From: a virus
Lineage: Duplodnaviria > Caudoviricetes
DNA length: 45,835 bases
Strand: one strand, 5' to 3'
Virus record (IMG/VR): IMGVR_UViG_3300048854_000053
Span: 1 to 45,835 of that record
The position numbers and the translations under genes are program-made. The first letter of the stretch is position 1. Every line of letters starts with the position of its first letter. Positions 1 through 8,048 of the stretch are shown here, piece after piece. The notes below the pieces were generated by a model, which worked only from the letters and a program-made list of their open reading frames with translations, was not told the origin of the DNA and did not search any database.

Positions 1-127
1 CTCCTTTGATGTAAGGAGACTATGGGAAACTCATAGATGCGTCAATCGGAAATATGAGAAAGTCATAGATAAATAGTCGAAAGTCATAAACCGGGGTGAA
101 TCAAATTTGACGCAACGGCTTAATTTG
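1..127 (+). repeat. 127-bp exact terminal direct repeat, copy 1 (probable assembler overlap)
   Basis: Identical to 45709-45835; 127 is a common assembly k-mer length. Confidence 0.95.
17..89 (-). promoter_or_regulatory. PL promoter and three OL operators
   Basis: Imperfect palindromes CTATGGGAAACTCATAG (20-36), ATATGAGAAAGTCATAG (52-68), ATAGTCGAAAGTCATAA (73-89); minus-strand TTGACG (45-40) N17 TAGTCT (22-17). Confidence 0.8.
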
Positions 128-141
128 TTCTTGTTGTGTTC
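107..141 (+). promoter_or_regulatory. Putative SOS promoter with alphaproteobacterial LexA box
   Basis: GTTC-ttgttgt-GTTC at 127-141 is a perfect GTTC-N7-GTTC, covering the -10 region expected for TTGACG at 107-112. Confidence 0.75.
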
Positions 142-194
142 CCGTTAAAAGTTCATTATGTTTGCGGCAAGCGGGAGTAGTGGGGTGGCGGCCG

Positions 195-443
195 ATGATT
201 GAATATGAGGTGCGCAAACAGTCGAGGCGTGACGAAACGCTTTCGCAACTCAAGTCGCTTGCTGGCGACCTATCGTTCTACGAAATGCGCCAGATCCTAC
301 AGCGCGACGCTACTCTGAAGATGATTTTGCTTTTGCCCGAGCCGATTCTTGATCAGGCTCTTGCTGTTGGTAGGGCGCTGCAAGCTTGCGCAGAACATCG
401 GCGTAACTCTCCTGAAGCTCAGGAGGAAGACTATCGTACGTGA
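195..443 (+). CDS. Small ORF, candidate LexA-controlled antirepressor
   Basis: 82 aa from ATG 195 with G-rich RBS, downstream of LexA box, convergently overlapping repressor gene. Confidence 0.55.
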   Translation: MIEYEVRKQSRRDETLSQLKSLAGDLSFYEMRQILQRDATLKMILLLPEPILDQALAVGRALQACAEHRRNSPEAQEEDYRT

Positions 444-684
444 GTAGAATTTCACGGTATTTGGAAGCGAGGTCAATCATTTGACCGGCGCCACGCATTA
501 GCCATTCAAAGCGAACCTTAAACCTCCTGGCATAAAGCTCCCCTTTGTCGGCTCGAAAGCCGGAGCTTCCGTTCTCGTGCCCTGCATAAGTCGGGTAAGG
601 CACACCAAGGGCTTCAGCAGCCTCAGCTGCGGTATCAAAGCCAGCCTGCTTTCGAGCGGCGATCAATCGTTCATGTAAATCCAT
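310..684 (-). CDS. cI: CI-like XRE HTH repressor without S24 peptidase domain
   Basis: RLIAARKQAGF..AAEALGVPYPTYAGHENG HTH; divergent from cro; flanked by operators; only 124 aa. Confidence 0.85.
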   Translation of the reverse strand: MDLHERLIAARKQAGFDTAAEAAEALGVPYPTYAGHENGSSGFRADKGELYARRFKVRFEWLMRGAGQMIDLASKYREILLTYDSLPPELQESYADVLRKLAAPYQQQEPDQESARAKAKSSSE

Positions 685-687
685 AGG

Positions 688-750
688 TGTGATTATTCCA
701 TAATCGTCTATTGGAAACTCATTGACAATGAACTATGGAAAACTCATAGT
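688..750 (+). promoter_or_regulatory. PR/PRM region with OR operators
   Basis: CTATGGAAAACTCATAG (733-749), CTATTGGAAACTCATTG (708-724), degenerate inverted copy 688-703; TTGACA (722-727) N17 CATAGT (745-750). Confidence 0.85.
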
Positions 751-756
751 TCGCGG

Positions 757-954
757 ATGAAAAACGAAATCAACGTCAGAAAACTCCGCGAAGATCTCGG
801 CATGACACAGGCTCAGCTTGCGGCTGAAGTTGGTGTTGACCAGAGCACCGTTTCCTTGTGGGAGACGACAGAGACGAAACCTCGCGGGCCGGCTTTGAAG
901 CTGCTCGCGATGATCGAAGCCCGTAAGCCTCGTCGTTCTGCCGAGGTGGCTTGA
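757..954 (+). CDS. cro: Cro-like HTH regulator
   Basis: VRKLREDLGMTQAQLAAEVGVDQSTVSLWE HTH_3 pattern; position. Confidence 0.9.
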   Translation: MKNEINVRKLREDLGMTQAQLAAEVGVDQSTVSLWETTETKPRGPALKLLAMIEARKPRRSAEVA

Positions 955-1328
955 TGTCCGCACAATCGTCTCTTTTTGCGGACTCTGGATTCTCGAAACG
1001 CGGCAGGAGGATTCCCCCTGTTGAGGCCGTCTGCGCGATGGCCCGTCGTCTGTGGCCGTCAAAAACTGCCATCAATCTCGCAAGCCGTGCCGAAATCACG
1101 GAACGCGCCGCCAAGCTCTGGCTCGAAGGCCGGACCGAACCGGGCGCCGACGCACTGGTGAACCTGCTGCGCTCCGATGCCGGGTTCGAACTGCTTCAAT
1201 CGATCATGGAAGGTGCCGGCACTCGCTGGTGGAAGGAATTCGAGCGCGGCGTGCACATCGCCGAACTGGAACAGCGCATGGAGTGGCAGCGCAAGGAGTT
1301 GGAACGTCTCAAGGGAGGAATGAAGTGA
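951..1328 (+). CDS. Probable CII-like regulator
   Basis: Position after cro; HTH-like LASRAEITERAAKLWLEG; C-terminal coiled coil. Confidence 0.55.
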   Translation: MMSAQSSLFADSGFSKRGRRIPPVEAVCAMARRLWPSKTAINLASRAEITERAAKLWLEGRTEPGADALVNLLRSDAGFELLQSIMEGAGTRWWKEFERGVHIAELEQRMEWQRKELERLKGGMK

Positions 1329-1513
1329 TGCGCGGTCTTATCGTCGACGGATTTCTCTATCTCGCCAGCGGCTGCAACCAGCTCGGCGAATTCTTCAAGA
1401 ACTGCGGGCTGGAAGTCTGGCGTCGTCGCCGTCCTGAGCCTGTCCAGCTTCGCGGTCGCCCTGACCATCTGCCGCTGATCGTCACCAAGACGGAAATCGG
1501 GGAGGATCGCTAA
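1328..1513 (+). CDS. Hypothetical protein
   Basis: TGATG coupling with upstream gene, GGAGG RBS. Confidence 0.6.
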   Translation: MRGLIVDGFLYLASGCNQLGEFFKNCGLEVWRRRRPEPVQLRGRPDHLPLIVTKTEIGEDR

Positions 1514-1565
1514 CGCCCCTGCTTCTGCCCACTCGATGGGCCTTTCTAACATTGGAGCGATGGCA

Positions 1566-2081
1566 ATGGCTGAAGACAAGAGCCTTGAAGACATGGCCGC
1601 GGAGACGCTTTCGGGCGATCTGCGCGACGTGATGCTTACCCACATACGCAGCATGCAGACGCCTTGGTCGAAGATGAGCGAGCAGGCGCAGGCCGACAAG
1701 ATCTATGCGGTTTCGAACGCTACCGAGACGATCGTACGCCGTGCGGTCGCGATCATCGCCGCACAAGGCCATGAACCGATGTTCGGGCGCATTACCAAAT
1801 TCACCGTCAAGGATGAGATCAAGGCCGAATTGGTCTGCTCGTCGTCGGTCTCGAATATCGAGAAGGTTGCCGAGAACATCGGACAGCCGGCGATCATCAT
1901 CTTCGCGAGCCCTGAGCAGTTCGTGGGCCAGAAGGCTGAAGCCGTGCCCGACAAGGATCAGCCGGAAATTCCCTTCGATGATGAAGGCGAGGACGAGGAC
2001 GATCAGCCCGCCACTGGTGACGATGACGATACCGGCGACATGCCGGATGCGGACCCGTCAGACGCGCCGGAAGCTGCCTGA
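1566..2081 (+). CDS. Hypothetical phage protein with acidic tail
   Basis: GGAG RBS, codon usage, coupled to rusA. Confidence 0.8.
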   Translation: MAEDKSLEDMAAETLSGDLRDVMLTHIRSMQTPWSKMSEQAQADKIYAVSNATETIVRRAVAIIAAQGHEPMFGRITKFTVKDEIKAELVCSSSVSNIEKVAENIGQPAIIIFASPEQFVGQKAEAVPDKDQPEIPFDDEGEDEDDQPATGDDDDTGDMPDADPSDAPEAA

Positions 2082-2524
2082 TGGTGGCGGCGCGGATCAA
2101 GTTCATCATTCCCGGCGATGTCGTTCCCTGGGCGCGTGCTGGTGGTGGCAAGACCATGCACAAGTTCACGCCCAAGCGGCAACGGGATTATATGGGCATG
2201 ATCCGCGCCGAAGCTCATGCGCAGATGGCCAAGTTCGCCGGGCCGCTGACCGGGCCGCTGCAGCTCAAGGTCGCCGCTGTCTATCTCTGGCCGAAGTCCA
2301 CCACCAAAGCGCGCTTGCAAGCCGTTGACGGTGCCTGGAAGTCGAGCCGGCCGGATGCGGACAACATCACCAAGATCGTCAAGGACGCTCTCAACACCAT
2401 CGCCTACGTCGATGACGCTCAGGTGGTGTTCTCGTCCTGCTGGAAAATTCTCGGGCCGAAAGCTGGGCTTGTCGTCGAGGTGATCAGCCTCGAAGGCGTT
2501 CCCGCGCCCTCTATCACATTCTGA
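2081..2524 (+). CDS. rusA: RusA family Holliday junction resolvase
   Basis: RPDADNITKIVKDALNTIAYVDDAQVV signature. Confidence 0.92.
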   Translation: MVAARIKFIIPGDVVPWARAGGGKTMHKFTPKRQRDYMGMIRAEAHAQMAKFAGPLTGPLQLKVAAVYLWPKSTTKARLQAVDGAWKSSRPDADNITKIVKDALNTIAYVDDAQVVFSSCWKILGPKAGLVVEVISLEGVPAPSITF

Positions 2525-2532
2525 GGTGTGAC

Positions 2533-3048
2533 ATGAAATGGACAGACGAACGCATTGAATTGCTGAAGAAGCTTCACGCTGATGGTCTGAGCGCTTCCAA
2601 GATGGCGGCGCAGATCGGTGGCGTGTCGCGCAATGCCGTCATCGGCAAAATCCTGCGGCTCAATCTCGGCGCCATCGGTGGCGGGGTTAAGCTCGGTTCT
2701 GGCGCCCGCATGCATGCGGTCAAGCCAATGACGCGGTCTGCCCGCATCCCGAAGGCAAAGCCGGATCCGAAGGCGATTGCCGATCTGAACAAGATCATCG
2801 ACCGCGCACCGCCGCCTGTCGTCGACCGCATCGCTGCCCCGAAGTCGTTCGAAATGAAGTTGACCGAGCTGTCGGACTCCATCCGCGAATGCCGCTGGCC
2901 GACTGGTGAGCATGCCGAGATGAAGTTTTGCGGCCATCCGGTGCAGGCTGAAAAGTCGTGGTGCCCGTATCATTGCCGGCTGGCCTTCAGCAAGGGCACG
3001 GAAAGCGAGCGCAACGCTGTGCGGGTTCTGGCGAGGGAGGCCGCCTGA
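2533..3048 (+). CDS. gcrA: GcrA family regulator (sigma70 cofactor homologue)
   Basis: MKWTDERIELLKKL..GLSAS..GGVSRNAVIGK and C-terminal CRWP..FCG..WCPYH. Confidence 0.92.
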   Translation: MKWTDERIELLKKLHADGLSASKMAAQIGGVSRNAVIGKILRLNLGAIGGGVKLGSGARMHAVKPMTRSARIPKAKPDPKAIADLNKIIDRAPPPVVDRIAAPKSFEMKLTELSDSIRECRWPTGEHAEMKFCGHPVQAEKSWCPYHCRLAFSKGTESERNAVRVLAREAA

Positions 3049-3224
3049 TGGAGAAGATTCCTTTCCGGTGTGGTGTCGCCGCCATGCTTATCACGGGCAA
3101 CTTCAACTTTATGATGAGAGCGGCGCTCGCTTCTGACGGCGCTTTCACGATTGCCTTTGGGGTTGCGGGCGCTTGTGGCGTGCTGGTTGTAGCTGGATTC
3201 ATTCTTCTGCGCGGGGTGGAGTAA
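3048..3224 (+). CDS. Small membrane protein
   Basis: Coupled to neighbours on both sides; hydrophobic. Confidence 0.6.
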   Translation: MEKIPFRCGVAAMLITGNFNFMMRAALASDGAFTIAFGVAGACGVLVVAGFILLRGVE

Positions 3225-3751
3225 TGGGCAAGCGTTCTGACTTCCCCCGCAAATCCCGCGACGCGTACCAGACCATTGACAGGCGGGCGCCCGATCGCCT
3301 GATGCCACATCTGCGCGGCATTCGCACCTTTGCTGAACCCTGTGCCGGCGAGGGCTATCTCGTCGGCCATCTGCAGCAGCACGGTCTCATCTGCACCTAT
3401 GAGGGCGATATCGACAACGGCCTCGATGCCCTGGCGCATCCGTTCGAGGAGGAAGCCAGCTTCGACGCCATCATTACCAACCCGCCGTGGCGTCGGGACA
3501 TCCTGCATCTGATGATCGCCCGCTTTCAGGAGATCGCGCCGACTTGGCTACTACTCGATGCCGATTGGGCACACACGAAGCAGTCCGGCCCGTTCATGGA
3601 CCAATGCAGCCACATCTTATCGGTCGGGCGTCTCTGCTGGGAGCCGGGCACGAAGCAGACCGGGAAGGATAATGCCTCCTGGTACCGCTTCCACGCTCAG
3701 CACACCGGCGGTCCTCGGTTCATCGGGCGCGAGGTGGCGGCAAATGCTTGA
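3224..3751 (+). CDS. DNA adenine methyltransferase-like protein
   Basis: EPCAGEG SAM motif and IITNPPW catalytic motif. Confidence 0.8.
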   Translation: MGKRSDFPRKSRDAYQTIDRRAPDRLMPHLRGIRTFAEPCAGEGYLVGHLQQHGLICTYEGDIDNGLDALAHPFEEEASFDAIITNPPWRRDILHLMIARFQEIAPTWLLLDADWAHTKQSGPFMDQCSHILSVGRLCWEPGTKQTGKDNASWYRFHAQHTGGPRFIGREVAANA

Positions 3752-4094
3752 GCGCGTCTCCTCCCACGCCGTTATCCGCTACCTCGAACGCGTGCTCTGC
3801 CTGCCGGTGGATGATTGGTGCAGTGATCGAGAGTTCCCGCACGATCGCGCCAAGGCTGAATTCTGCTGCGAGCGTGCGGGCCTGCCGGTGGATGCCGTCA
3901 AGCTCTGCATGCTCACTGACGATGTGCTGCGGGCCATGGGCTCGCGTACGGCTACACGCGGGCGCCTGGTGACGAAGGAATGCATCTACATCTTCCGCGA
4001 CGGCAATCTGATCACCCTGCTCGCCCCCGAGATGCTGTTCTACCGCAAGCGCAAGCACAAGGCCCCCAAGAGCCGCAGACTGGAAGAGGTGTAG
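3744..4094 (+). CDS. Hypothetical protein (HAVIRYLER motif)
   Basis: GAGGTGG RBS, ATG 3744, operon context. Confidence 0.7.
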   Translation: MLERVSSHAVIRYLERVLCLPVDDWCSDREFPHDRAKAEFCCERAGLPVDAVKLCMLTDDVLRAMGSRTATRGRLVTKECIYIFRDGNLITLLAPEMLFYRKRKHKAPKSRRLEEV

Positions 4095-4095
4095 A

Positions 4096-4674
4096 ATGGG
4101 TAAGAGATCTCTCATGGGTTTCGAACTTCTTCGCGCGCAGACATTTGCGGCCGTCGCTGAAGATTTCATGGAAATGGACGGTTGGGTGCGCGGCGACTCG
4201 GAGATCGAGAAGCTATTTCATGCGGCCTTATTCTATCGGATCAGTTACGGCCGCACTGAATTCGATGATGCCTTGATTGCTATCGACAAAAGTCATGCAA
4301 GCCGGCTGAGAGCAAATACCAACAATAGATTGAAGCTGATCGTAGAGTCTCAGGTTGAAATAGAGCGTTTTCGCGTCGATTTCGTGGTTAGCGCATGGAC
4401 GGACGGTATTGTTTTTAGCGGCGCCAAAGGATGGCAGCGGGGCGATGCGCGATGGAGAAGCTTGGTTGTTGAGTGTGACGGGCACGATTTCCATGAGCGC
4501 ACGAAAGAGCAGGCAGCAAAAGATCGCTCTCGTGACAGATCGCTGAGCGGCCAAGGTTACGATGTATTTAGGTTCACGGGCTCTGAACTGTGGCGCGATC
4601 CGTGGGGATGCGCAGACCAAGTTTATGATTGGGCCGTCAGAGGGTTTGATTTTAGCCCAGAGCTTCCAGAATGA
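4096..4674 (+). CDS. DUF559/Vsr-like PD-(D/E)XK endonuclease
   Basis: QVEIERFRVDF..LVVECDGHDFH..DRSRDRSL..GYDVFRFTG. Confidence 0.85.
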   Translation: MGKRSLMGFELLRAQTFAAVAEDFMEMDGWVRGDSEIEKLFHAALFYRISYGRTEFDDALIAIDKSHASRLRANTNNRLKLIVESQVEIERFRVDFVVSAWTDGIVFSGAKGWQRGDARWRSLVVECDGHDFHERTKEQAAKDRSRDRSLSGQGYDVFRFTGSELWRDPWGCADQVYDWAVRGFDFSPELPE

Positions 4675-5570
4675 GCGAGCGCGGTTTCATAGCCGTCGAT
4701 CGCGGCATCTTTGATCATCCGCTATTCGAGGAACGTCGTGAATTTTCGCGGCGTGAGGCATGGCTATGGCTGATCAGCGAAGCCGAGTGGAAAGACCGCG
4801 AAAAGTACATCGGCAAGGCCAAGGTAAACCTCAGACGCGGGCAGATGGCGCACTCCCTAAGGTTCATCGCAGAGGCCTGGGGATGGCATAAATCCAAAGT
4901 CGAGCGTTTTTTAGACCGTCTGAAAACCGAGACAATGATCGAGACGGATGTCGAGACAGGCAATACCGTCGTAACCATCTGTAATTACGACGCTTATCAG
5001 TTCCCTGAGAATGGCAACCGAGACACCAAGCGGGCCACTAAGCGAGACAGTCGCGAGACACCAGCGAGACAAACTAAAACAAACAAACAAACAAACAATA
5101 CCTCTTCTAACGAAGAGGAGGAGGTATGCGCGAGCGATCCCGTGGCTGTCGTTATCGAGGCCTACGGTGAGATGGCATCCAAAGCCGGTCTGTCTCAGGT
5201 GGTCGCCGTAAGCGACAAGCGCAAAGCCAGCATCAAAGCTAGAATTGATGAGCACGGTATGCCGGCTGTTTTGTCTGCCGTCGAGCGTGTTGGGAGATCT
5301 GATTTCTGCTGCGGCCGTGGCCCACAGGGCTGGAAGGCAGATCTTGATTTCATTGTTCAGCCGTCGAGCCTGATCAAAATCCTTGAGGGCAAATACGACA
5401 ATCGCGCCCAAGCCCCGCCCAGAGCGCCGGATTTAGCGGACTTTTTCAACGACATGGCGAGACGAGGACACGACGATGGACGGACGATTGAGGGAAGCTA
5501 CGAGCGTGGAGATTTCGATGGCTCTCGGCAAGCTATTCCGCGCCTTGCAGCCGAAAAAGGGCAGCGTTGA
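4671..5570 (+). CDS. Phage replication initiator (O-like)
   Basis: N-terminal wHTH (LRRGQ..SLRFIAEAWGWHKSKVERFL), C-terminal WKADLDFI..KILEGKYDN, internal iterons. Confidence 0.85.
   Translation: MSERGFIAVDRGIFDHPLFEERREFSRREAWLWLISEAEWKDREKYIGKAKVNLRRGQMAHSLRFIAEAWGWHKSKVERFLDRLKTETMIETDVETGNTVVTICNYDAYQFPENGNRDTKRATKRDSRETPARQTKTNKQTNNTSSNEEEEVCASDPVAVVIEAYGEMASKAGLSQVVAVSDKRKASIKARIDEHGMPAVLSAVERVGRSDFCCGRGPQGWKADLDFIVQPSSLIKILEGKYDNRAQAPPRAPDLADFFNDMARRGHDDGRTIEGSYERGDFDGSRQAIPRLAAEKGQR
4928..5100 (+). repeat. Putative replication origin: CGAGAC iterons plus A/C-rich tract
   Basis: CGAGAC at 4928, 4940, 4952, 5019, 5043, 5054, 5065, then (AAAC)n at 5071-5100, inside initiator gene. Confidence 0.8.
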
Positions 5571-6078
5571 GGAGCTGTCGGAATCCTACCTGATCGCCTG
5601 CCATAAGTGCACGAAGCATGCGTTGGAGGCGGTGATCGTGAAGCTGATCCGCGGCGAGATCGAGGGCGTCTCGAAGGCATTTGCGCCCTCGTCTGCCGAG
5701 CTTTCGGCGGCTATCCGCAGCGAAATGCAGTGGGTCGAGAAGCAGATCAAGCTTGCTGAGGATCGGATGCAGATCGAGGACAACCGCCCTGTTGCCCGGC
5801 CCGCCATGCTGCTGCAGGACCGCGTTGATGCCGCCAAGCGCAAGATGCTCGACGAGGAGCGCACCTATCTGTTCTCGACGGAGTCGCATGCCAGCGTTGG
5901 GACGCGGCGCCGTGATGTGCCGGCCGGGAGTATCTATGTCGGCATTCTGGGCGCTTTCTATGGGCCGATTGGTTCGATGCGCCCGCCTGTCGTGGAAGAG
6001 CCGCAACTGTTCGAGCCTGAAATTGAGCCGCCGGCTGCGGCCGCCCCTGCCCCCGCTCTCGAAGAAGTGGAATTCTGA
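5476..6078 (+). CDS. Putative helicase loader / replication accessory protein
   Basis: Overlaps initiator 3' end as lambda P does; function from position only. Confidence 0.55.
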   Translation: MDGRLREATSVEISMALGKLFRALQPKKGSVEELSESYLIACHKCTKHALEAVIVKLIRGEIEGVSKAFAPSSAELSAAIRSEMQWVEKQIKLAEDRMQIEDNRPVARPAMLLQDRVDAAKRKMLDEERTYLFSTESHASVGTRRRDVPAGSIYVGILGAFYGPIGSMRPPVVEEPQLFEPEIEPPAAAAPAPALEEVEF

Positions 6079-6434
6079 TGTCGAAGGTGCATCGCGTCGT
6101 TCGGGAATACGGGGATCTGGTTAACGCCATGCGCGACCGCCGGCACGATCTCGGCATGTCCTGTATGACGCTCGATGCACGCGCTGGCTTTCACGAAGGC
6201 TATGCGAACAAGCTGGAAAATTGGGAGAAATCCTACGGGCGCGGTATAGGCCCGGTCATCCTGCCACTGTGGCTTGAGGCGCTCGGCCTCGCCATTGCCC
6301 TCGTTGAGGTGGATAAGCGCGCACCTGTCGTTCTGAGGCGCGAGGCTGATCAGCTATCGCTCGATCTCATTGGCGGGCGGATGAATGCCCCTGCCCTGCA
6401 TTTCAAGCGGGCTCGATCGCTTGTGGCCGCCTGA
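6078..6434 (+). CDS. XRE-like HTH protein at end of PR operon
   Basis: MRDRRHDLGMSCMTLDARAGFHEGYANKLEN. Confidence 0.7.
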   Translation: MSKVHRVVREYGDLVNAMRDRRHDLGMSCMTLDARAGFHEGYANKLENWEKSYGRGIGPVILPLWLEALGLAIALVEVDKRAPVVLRREADQLSLDLIGGRMNAPALHFKRARSLVAA

Positions 6435-6436
6435 CG

Positions 6437-6724
6437 CTATCTGGGCGTCATCACCTCGTGGCAGCGGTCCCAATATTCCTCAACCATCTGCGTCGCTAGC
6501 CTGGCGCTGTCGGAGTAGCCGGCATTCGGCAGTGGTGGCGCTCCCTTGTGGGTCTTCGGCCACCATCCCGCCCAGTGCCATTGCCCCTTCGTCGGGCCGT
6601 GCAGCTCTTTCCTGATGCGTCCGATCGGCAGCACGCCGTCCATGCCGATCCAGTCGAGATCAGTCGGCGGGTCTTTGTCGTCGATCTCGGTGCGCTTCCA
6701 GGTGTAGCGGGGTTGGTAGGTCAT
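6437..6724 (-). CDS. Trp-rich hypothetical protein
   Basis: ATGA coupling in small leftward operon. Confidence 0.7.
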   Translation of the reverse strand: MTYQPRYTWKRTEIDDKDPPTDLDWIGMDGVLPIGRIRKELHGPTKGQWHWAGWWPKTHKGAPPLPNAGYSDSARLATQMVEEYWDRCHEVMTPR

Positions 6725-6957
6725 TGGTCTTTCAGAGCTGCGTCGACGAGCAAGCTCATAGCGTCTCTACTTTCAGGGATTTGCGAGCAGTCCCAATCGT
6801 TAAAGAGCCTGTCTATCGTTGCATTCGGCTCGCGCATCGCCTCGATGGCGGCTCTGGCAATAGCCATGATGATCGCGTCCTTATGGTCGGACGCTTCTTC
6901 TATCCCCTTCATGGGCACGTCGAATATCGCTTGGGCAACCTTTTCGATCATGGTCAT
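6721..6957 (-). CDS. Hypothetical protein
   Basis: GGAGGTG RBS, overlaps neighbours by 4 bp. Confidence 0.75.
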   Translation of the reverse strand: MTMIEKVAQAIFDVPMKGIEEASDHKDAIIMAIARAAIEAMREPNATIDRLFNDWDCSQIPESRDAMSLLVDAALKDQ

Positions 6958-7232
6958 TCATCACCTCCAATTGGTGTTAGCTTGAAAGGCCTCGTCAGCA
7001 TGAGCGATCCATCGCCCCAATGGAAGTCTATGCCGAAATGCACCGCGGCACACACCAGACGATAGCGCCGCCTCGCCTTCGCGTCGATCTTGCTGTCTGC
7101 CCTCTCGTAGTCCTTGATCATCGACGCGGAGAAGCCAGTAGCAGCCGCCAATCCATCACGCGTCAGGTTCATCCGCTCCACACGCCATCGCTTGCACAGC
7201 ACATGCTCTGGCTCGCCATCATCGTCTTTCAT
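6954..7232 (-). CDS. XRE HTH protein
   Basis: WRVERMNLTRDGLAAATGFSASMIKDYER; start 7232 chosen as downstream of promoter. Confidence 0.7.
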   Translation of the reverse strand: MKDDDGEPEHVLCKRWRVERMNLTRDGLAAATGFSASMIKDYERADSKIDAKARRRYRLVCAAVHFGIDFHWGDGSLMLTRPFKLTPIGGDE

Positions 7233-7277
7233 GCAAAATCCATCGCGAACAGTGGGCAATAAACACCCGTAAACGCC

Positions 7278-7306
7278 ACTATAATTGGTGATGAGCACCC
7301 ACGCAA
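7278..7306 (-). promoter_or_regulatory. Sigma70-type promoter of small leftward operon
   Basis: TTGCGT N17 TATAGT on minus strand. Confidence 0.6.
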
Positions 7307-7404
7307 TCGCCATCTCCAACAGCCCGAATGGACAATAGACACCCCTTGCATTTGAGAGGCGATACAACCTGTTCATAATCGGCATTGATTTCATTGAACA
7401 ATAA

Positions 7405-7443
7405 ACCTGTGCTTTGCGCCCTTCGAATCACGGTGCTACCCAT
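7405..7443 (+). promoter_or_regulatory. Putative late promoter 1 (before terS)
   Basis: ACCTGTGCTTTGC N19 TACCCA. Confidence 0.7.
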
Positions 7444-7505
7444 CGCGCGGCTCTCCCTACATCAGCGCCACCCACCTCAACCTCTCCAAGGATGAAACGC
7501 AAGCG

Positions 7506-8048
7506 ATGGCGTTCCCCTCCAAGCAGACTGCATCAGCACACATGCCGGCAGCACAGAAAGCCGCAGCAGTCGTCAGGAAGCAGAAAAAAGAGGTCAAGCT
7601 CAGCCCCACCTCAAAGCTCGCCATCGAACTGATGGTGTTCGAGGGAATGAAGCGGTCAGAAGCCGCCGAAGCCGCTGGCATGGCTGACATCTCGCTTCGT
7701 CAAGCGCTCCTCAAGCCCCACAACCTTGCCTACCTTAATGAGTGCATGGAGGTGCTGAGAACGAGCGCGAGACCTCGGGCACTGCGTAAGATGGACGAAT
7801 TGCTCGACGCAAAGACCGAGCGCATCCAGTTCGAGGCAGCTAAGTACTTGGACGGTATGGACAGACCGAACCACGCGGTCGGCGCCACACAGGTCAATGT
7901 GCAGGTCAACAACACGGTGAGTGTGACGCCGGGCTATGTGATCCGCATCGATCGCAGCCAGGACAGAAGGCCTCAGCAGATAGAGCATCTGGGGGACATG
8001 GACGCTAACGCCATGGCAAGTAACGAGGACGTTCCCTATGAGGAATGA
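7506..8048 (+). CDS. terS: Probable terminase small subunit
   Basis: HTH (EAAEAAGM), ERIQFEAAKYLD, first late gene upstream of terL. Confidence 0.7.
   Translation: MAFPSKQTASAHMPAAQKAAAVVRKQKKEVKLSPTSKLAIELMVFEGMKRSEAAEAAGMADISLRQALLKPHNLAYLNECMEVLRTSARPRALRKMDELLDAKTERIQFEAAKYLDGMDRPNHAVGATQVNVQVNNTVSVTPGYVIRIDRSQDRRPQQIEHLGDMDANAMASNEDVPYEE

Noticed and set aside
1-127. Biological terminal repeat
   Set aside because: Exactly 127 bp and cuts through the immunity region; best explained as assembly overlap
3744-4094. RelE/BrnT-like toxin
   Set aside because: Only a short HAxxRY motif and no evident antitoxin; insufficient support
4928-5100. CRISPR-like mini-array
   Set aside because: 6-bp units with 5-6 bp gaps inside a gene; iteron-like, no cas genes
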